In this document: in pieces, positions 19,081 to 64,000 of the stretch
How the letters are laid out: every line of letters starts with the position of its first letter
Position numbering within the stretch: position 1 is the stretch's first letter
Assembly (NCBI RefSeq): GCF_009914755.1
Contig: NC_060941.1
Direction: 5' to 3' (one strand)
Length of the DNA stretch: 64,000 nucleotides
Source: the human T2T-CHM13v2.0 reference genome, Homo sapiens
Notes under the pieces: generated by a model
What the model was told of the DNA's origin: nothing
Databases searched by the model: none
Seen by the model: the letters and a program-made list of their open reading frames with translations, nothing else
Translations under genes and position numbers: made by a program

Positions 19081-22000
19081 TGCATCCCTAATCTTGAGCA
19101 TGATCTCAGTCGGCAAATGAGGCCATCTGTTTTCAGCCTGTTTGAAAATAAGATGTGGGGAGGCCATGATGGAAATAGCACGTGGGGTTAAACATAACTG
19201 GCAGATGTGGGAGCGATGGTGGGGCATGCCATTCAAACAGGTCCCAAAATGGGTGCAACAAGGTATAGCACATCTACCACTCGCTAACTTGACTGACTTG
19301 GAGAAATGACTACACTTTTGCCTGTTTCCTCAGTTGGAAAATAGCCATATTAACACCTCTTTCATTGGCTTGCTGTCAGGGTACTGGGATGGGGGGAGGT
19401 GCATGGGTTGGGGTGGCCACCAGGTGGTGCTGTGCCACAGCGGGCAGCCCCTCTGGAAATGACTGGCATCATAAAATCTGTCTTCATACCCGAGGTAGTG
19501 TTTTTTGTTTTTTTAAGATCTCTACCTTTTAAAAGCGTGGCATACAGTGTGCTTGGTATTGTGTTAGGCATTTAGACGTGCTCAGGTTGTAAGGTTGAAG
19601 TGCCAGTCTTTGAATATTCTGTAAGGATTGTGAGGGTGTGAGGTGGTTTTGAGTCTGGTCACGGGTCTTGTTTCCTCCGGGAGAGGGTGGGTACACCAGC
19701 CCTCAGGCCCAGGTGCGGCACTGTGGGCGGCTTTCAGCCTTTCCCGTTCTGTAAGCATTGCAGATTCCCAAGGAAAAGCGAGCCTTTACCATGTGGGTTT
19801 TCTTTGTTCCCAGCACATCGTCCAGAGTTTCATCCCAGCTCCTAGGAGACAGGCCTTGCAGGGGTGTGTCCAGCCTTGTCTAGAGAAGGCCGCCTTTCAT
19901 GCAGTGCTTCCCAGCCCTGGCTTGTGACTCAGTCATCTGGGGCACTTAGGCAGTTCACTGTGGTGGCCAGGGCTGACTGGAGATTGCGATTGCGGTGGTC
20001 TGGGGCATAGGTGTGTTTCCAAGCTCTCAGGTGGGCCTCTGCTTTGCTGGGGCTTCAGCAAGCCCTTAAGTGCTGCATACCAGGTGAATGGGGAGGGGGG
20101 AGGTGATGGGCTACAGCTGCTGGTGTGCCGACTGTCCTCCAACTCCCTGCTGAGTCTGTGGGAGGTCTGTCTGTTGTGCTTCAGCTTTTTGACACCTCTC
20201 TGGGTCAGCAGGCCTCCGGGGAAGCAGCTAGAATGGTCGCTGTCTGGCTGGGTGCAGGTGGGCTGACAGGTTTGGATATTCCAGGCCGCATTCCGGTGGC
20301 TGTGGAGATAGCCCTGAGGGACAGCCTTTGCAGTTTGTTTCTTCCAGTGCCGTGTGCAGGCCTCCAGCCTTCTGGGGCTCCCTTGCCCCGGGTTCAAAGT
20401 CAGTCCTCGGTGACCACCCACTGCCTAGGAGGCAGGCCCTTCCCACCTGGGGGGCCTCTGAGGGCAGGGGCTGTAAAAGCAGCTACCAGAAGAGTCCACT
20501 TTCCCCAGCAACTGCAGGGACTGAGTCAGAGACCAAGACCTTTTAAAAGGAGGTTTTCACCCAAAGAAGTTCCCTCCCCTGCCGCAGTCTCCAAGCTGAT
20601 CGCCTGGCTCCTGCAGTTCTCCGGCTCCCTGTCCTGTTCTGGAACTTGCTTGCTTCCCCTTCCACTGGCCTTAGTCCCTGATCTCACAGGGTCCTGTTCC
20701 TTCTGCACAGAGGCCTCCCCCAGCACCCCCCTCTTTGACTCCCGATCATCCTTCAGCTCATGTCACTGTCCTTTGGGAAACAACCCTGACGCCCACCTTC
20801 CATCCCCTCTCCCTACAGCAGGGACTCTGACATTTCACAAGGCCTGCAATCGCTGTTTGCAGGATACAAGTCCACCTCACCTCGCCTACTAGGCTGTAGA
20901 CGCCATGCAGGCGGGAACGTGTGTTTTATCCATTACTGTATCCTCTAGAACAGAGAACGTGCTCAAGAAAATTTGTTGAAAGACACCCCAATGAGAGAAG
21001 AATGGCTGTTTCCAGCCTTCCGGGCCCCTCAGCTTTGGGCTCCTGCAGGGCCCCAGAACCGTGGGATCACGGCCACGAGGAGAGGCCCCGAGGCCAGGAC
21101 TTCCTCTAATGGACACAGGGCCTTTGAGCACCGGGTGACTGGGGCCCCACTCCCCAGCAGCCATATGTGTTTGCGAGCGTTTTCAGTCGGTCCGCATCCA
21201 CCCGGTCCCTTCAGCCAGAACCCTAGGAGCCCCGCCCCGTCCTCCCGGGGCTCCTTTCTCACCCGCGTCCCTGCCGCGGTGGATACGCACCCCTCAGGCT
21301 GGCTGCCCAGCGCGGTTTCCACGCCCAATCTGCCGCGACCCCATCACTCCACCGCACCTACCCCTGACTCCTGCTTGTCCTGCAGCCTGGGCTCCTCCCT
21401 CCGCTGGCCAAGTCACGCCAAGCAGTTTGCGGTTACAGGACGGGTGGGGGCCTCTGCATATGTGCAGAGTACGGAGGGCCCAGGGACGCGAGGCTCCCCG
21501 ATGGGCAACCTCCCCTGCCTTTGCTTTTCCCCAGAGCCCCCTCCTGGCCTGCGTTCGGCATCTTCTCGGGTCGTCATCGCCCTCTGCGGTGCCTGCGCTC
21601 GGGGTGAGGGTTTTTGTCGGCTTTTGTTACATCACCGATGTAACAGTGCCTGGACGTAGTAGGTGCTCAATAAATATGTTGTTGAATGCGCTTCAGTCTC
21701 CCCGAATGCTTGTCCCTTCCGGGCGCTCTCATCGCTCTCCTACCTTCCCCGCTACACAGCTCGAAGGTCCCCTCCTCCGGGAAGCTCACCCTGTCCCACT
21801 TGCCAGGAAGAATCAAGCAAATTTTCTGAGTGAGACACCTTGTCCTCACTCAGGCGTCCTGCAGGCGGCTTCAGCGAGTTGTTGGGGCAGATGCGCCGGG
21901 AGCTCCCGAGGGCAGGGACGGCGTCTTATTTCTCTTTTTAAGTCCACAGGGCTTGCACAATAGATGCCCAAAAAATGAGAGTGAATTTAGAATGAGTGAC

Positions 22001-22180
22001 CGAGTGGCTGAAGATTGCCTCCTTCCTTTCCCAGTCTGTCGGTTACTTACCCTGTGACAAGCCCTTGGGACGGGCAGTCGCCCCTCTCTGGCCTATGACT
22101 GCTGGCTGCCCCCACTGACACCTTATACCCTTGATCTGATCATAAATAAGAAGCAGCCCGGGGACCTCGAGACTGAAACT
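18820..22180 (-). ncRNA. Possible divergent antisense lncRNA from the TTYH2 CpG island
   Basis: Mainly recollection of an annotated antisense transcript (MGC16275) between RPL38 and TTYH2. The sequence itself only shows a TATA-less CpG island compatible with bidirectional firing. Bounds are approximate. Confidence 0.3.
19414..19432 (+). promoter_or_regulatory. Candidate CTCF site
   Basis: TGGCCACCAGGTGGTGCTG closely matches the CTCF consensus TGGCCACCAGGGGGCGCTA. Confidence 0.55.
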
Positions 22181-22425
22181 GATTTAGAGACTTCTGGGAG
22201 CTTTTTTCACTTCCCTCCTCCCATCCGGCCAGGACAGATCCCCGCCCAGAAAGGGGCTGTTGACTGCAGCGGGCTGCGCGCCCAGAACTGGGACTGGGAT
22301 CGCGGCGGGGCGGGGCGGGCGCGGGCCCAGGGAGAGGCGGGGCCGGGGGCGGGGCGGGCACGGGGCCCCGGCCGGGAGGTGAGCGCAGCTGTCGTTCAGC
22401 TTGTGGGTAGCACTCGGGCCGAGCC

Positions 22426-62630
<40,205 letters not shown>

Positions 62631-62964
62631 GTAATTGGGGCTCTGGCCCTTCCTTGTTGGGGTAATACATAAAGACAAAACCTCCTGCCAACCCAGTGAA
62701 TCCTGTCCACAAAGGCAGAAAAGAATGAAACTGTTCTGTTATTGAATATGCACTAAACCAGACCGTCGTGGGTATCCCAGGCAGTCCGCTAAGGAGATTG
62801 CAAAGATGCAAGAAATCTCACTCCTTCCCCTAGCCAGGCAGGAACAAGACACAGCCCACTGCATACCTGTCATCCAGCAAGAGGACTTGACGGCACTGTT
62901 TGTCACAGTAGTCCACCTTAATCCACTTGCTAATTGGGGTGGCCATCCTGGTTAAGTAATTGCC

Positions 62965-63472
<508 letters not shown>

Positions 63473-64000
63473 TTAAGAAGGTTTGCAGACATCTCAAAAG
63501 ACAGAAATTATTTACAATGATAAGTTTTCTAAAGGAAATACTGCAAGAAGAGAGGGGGTCTCTTTCCCTTTTTGCTCCAGAGAAAATTAAGGAATTTTTT
63601 TTCTTTTTAGATTTCTGTTTACCTTAATCCTTGGTCTCTTTTGGGCTGGACGGTGGGTTGGCTGTGGTGGCGGGTCTGGGAGGGCTGAACCCAAACACAG
63701 CCTTCCTCAATCCGTCTCAGCTCCCCATGTCCCTAGGACTGTGCCCAAGTAGGGCCAGTGCCTCTTGTCCACCCCACCACCTCCAGCCAGAGTACCTGAG
63801 ATACAGCCTCAGGGGAGTAGCTCAGGGTGGGCAGGTTGAGAAGGAAAGACTATGCTGTCTCATCCCAGAGAAGTATCCAAAGGACACAGAAATACTGGCT
63901 GAGACAAAGAAAGCTGTAAACAGACAGTGAAGTGACCGCCAAGGTTCAGGGACACGGACTCCAGTGCCAAAGGCCTGGGTTCAAATCCCAGCTCATGGCT

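Noticed and set aside
20125-21963. Long + strand ORFs (255, 228 and 178 aa) between RPL38 and TTYH2
   Set aside because: Non-ATG starts, Pro/Ser/Arg-rich GC-driven composition, overlap with L2 relics and no recognisable domain.

Overview
Human (or near-human primate) genomic DNA, recognisable as the RPL38-TTYH2 locus (17q25.1 by recollection). It holds the complete ribosomal protein gene RPL38 (+ strand, 5 exons, spliced CDS 12794-18667, 213 nt = 70 aa, TOP-type CpG-island promoter, ATTAAA poly(A) signal). It also holds coding exons 1-13 of TTYH2 (+ strand, 22426-62630, 508 codons rebuilt by hand with consistent GT-AG phases); the last exon lies beyond the window. The rest is intergenic or intronic: about 39 Alu/FLAM copies, L1/L2/L3/MIR fragments, MER DNA-transposon relics, a THE1 LTR and microsatellites. 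Nearly all ORFs in the supplied track are repeat-derived or chance ORFs. I see no new multi-gene system. The best second-look items are: (i) TTYH2 exon 4 is bracketed both by an inverted Alu pair sharing private indels and by a ~155-bp non-Alu direct repeat carrying an E-box; (ii) an in-frame alternative first coding exon of TTYH2 in intron 1; (iii) a stop-free, in-frame RPL38 intron 2 whose retention would extend the N-terminus; (iv) a sense-strand-specific 20-bp hairpin in TTYH2 intron 6. Repeat subfamily calls and boundaries are by eye and approximate.
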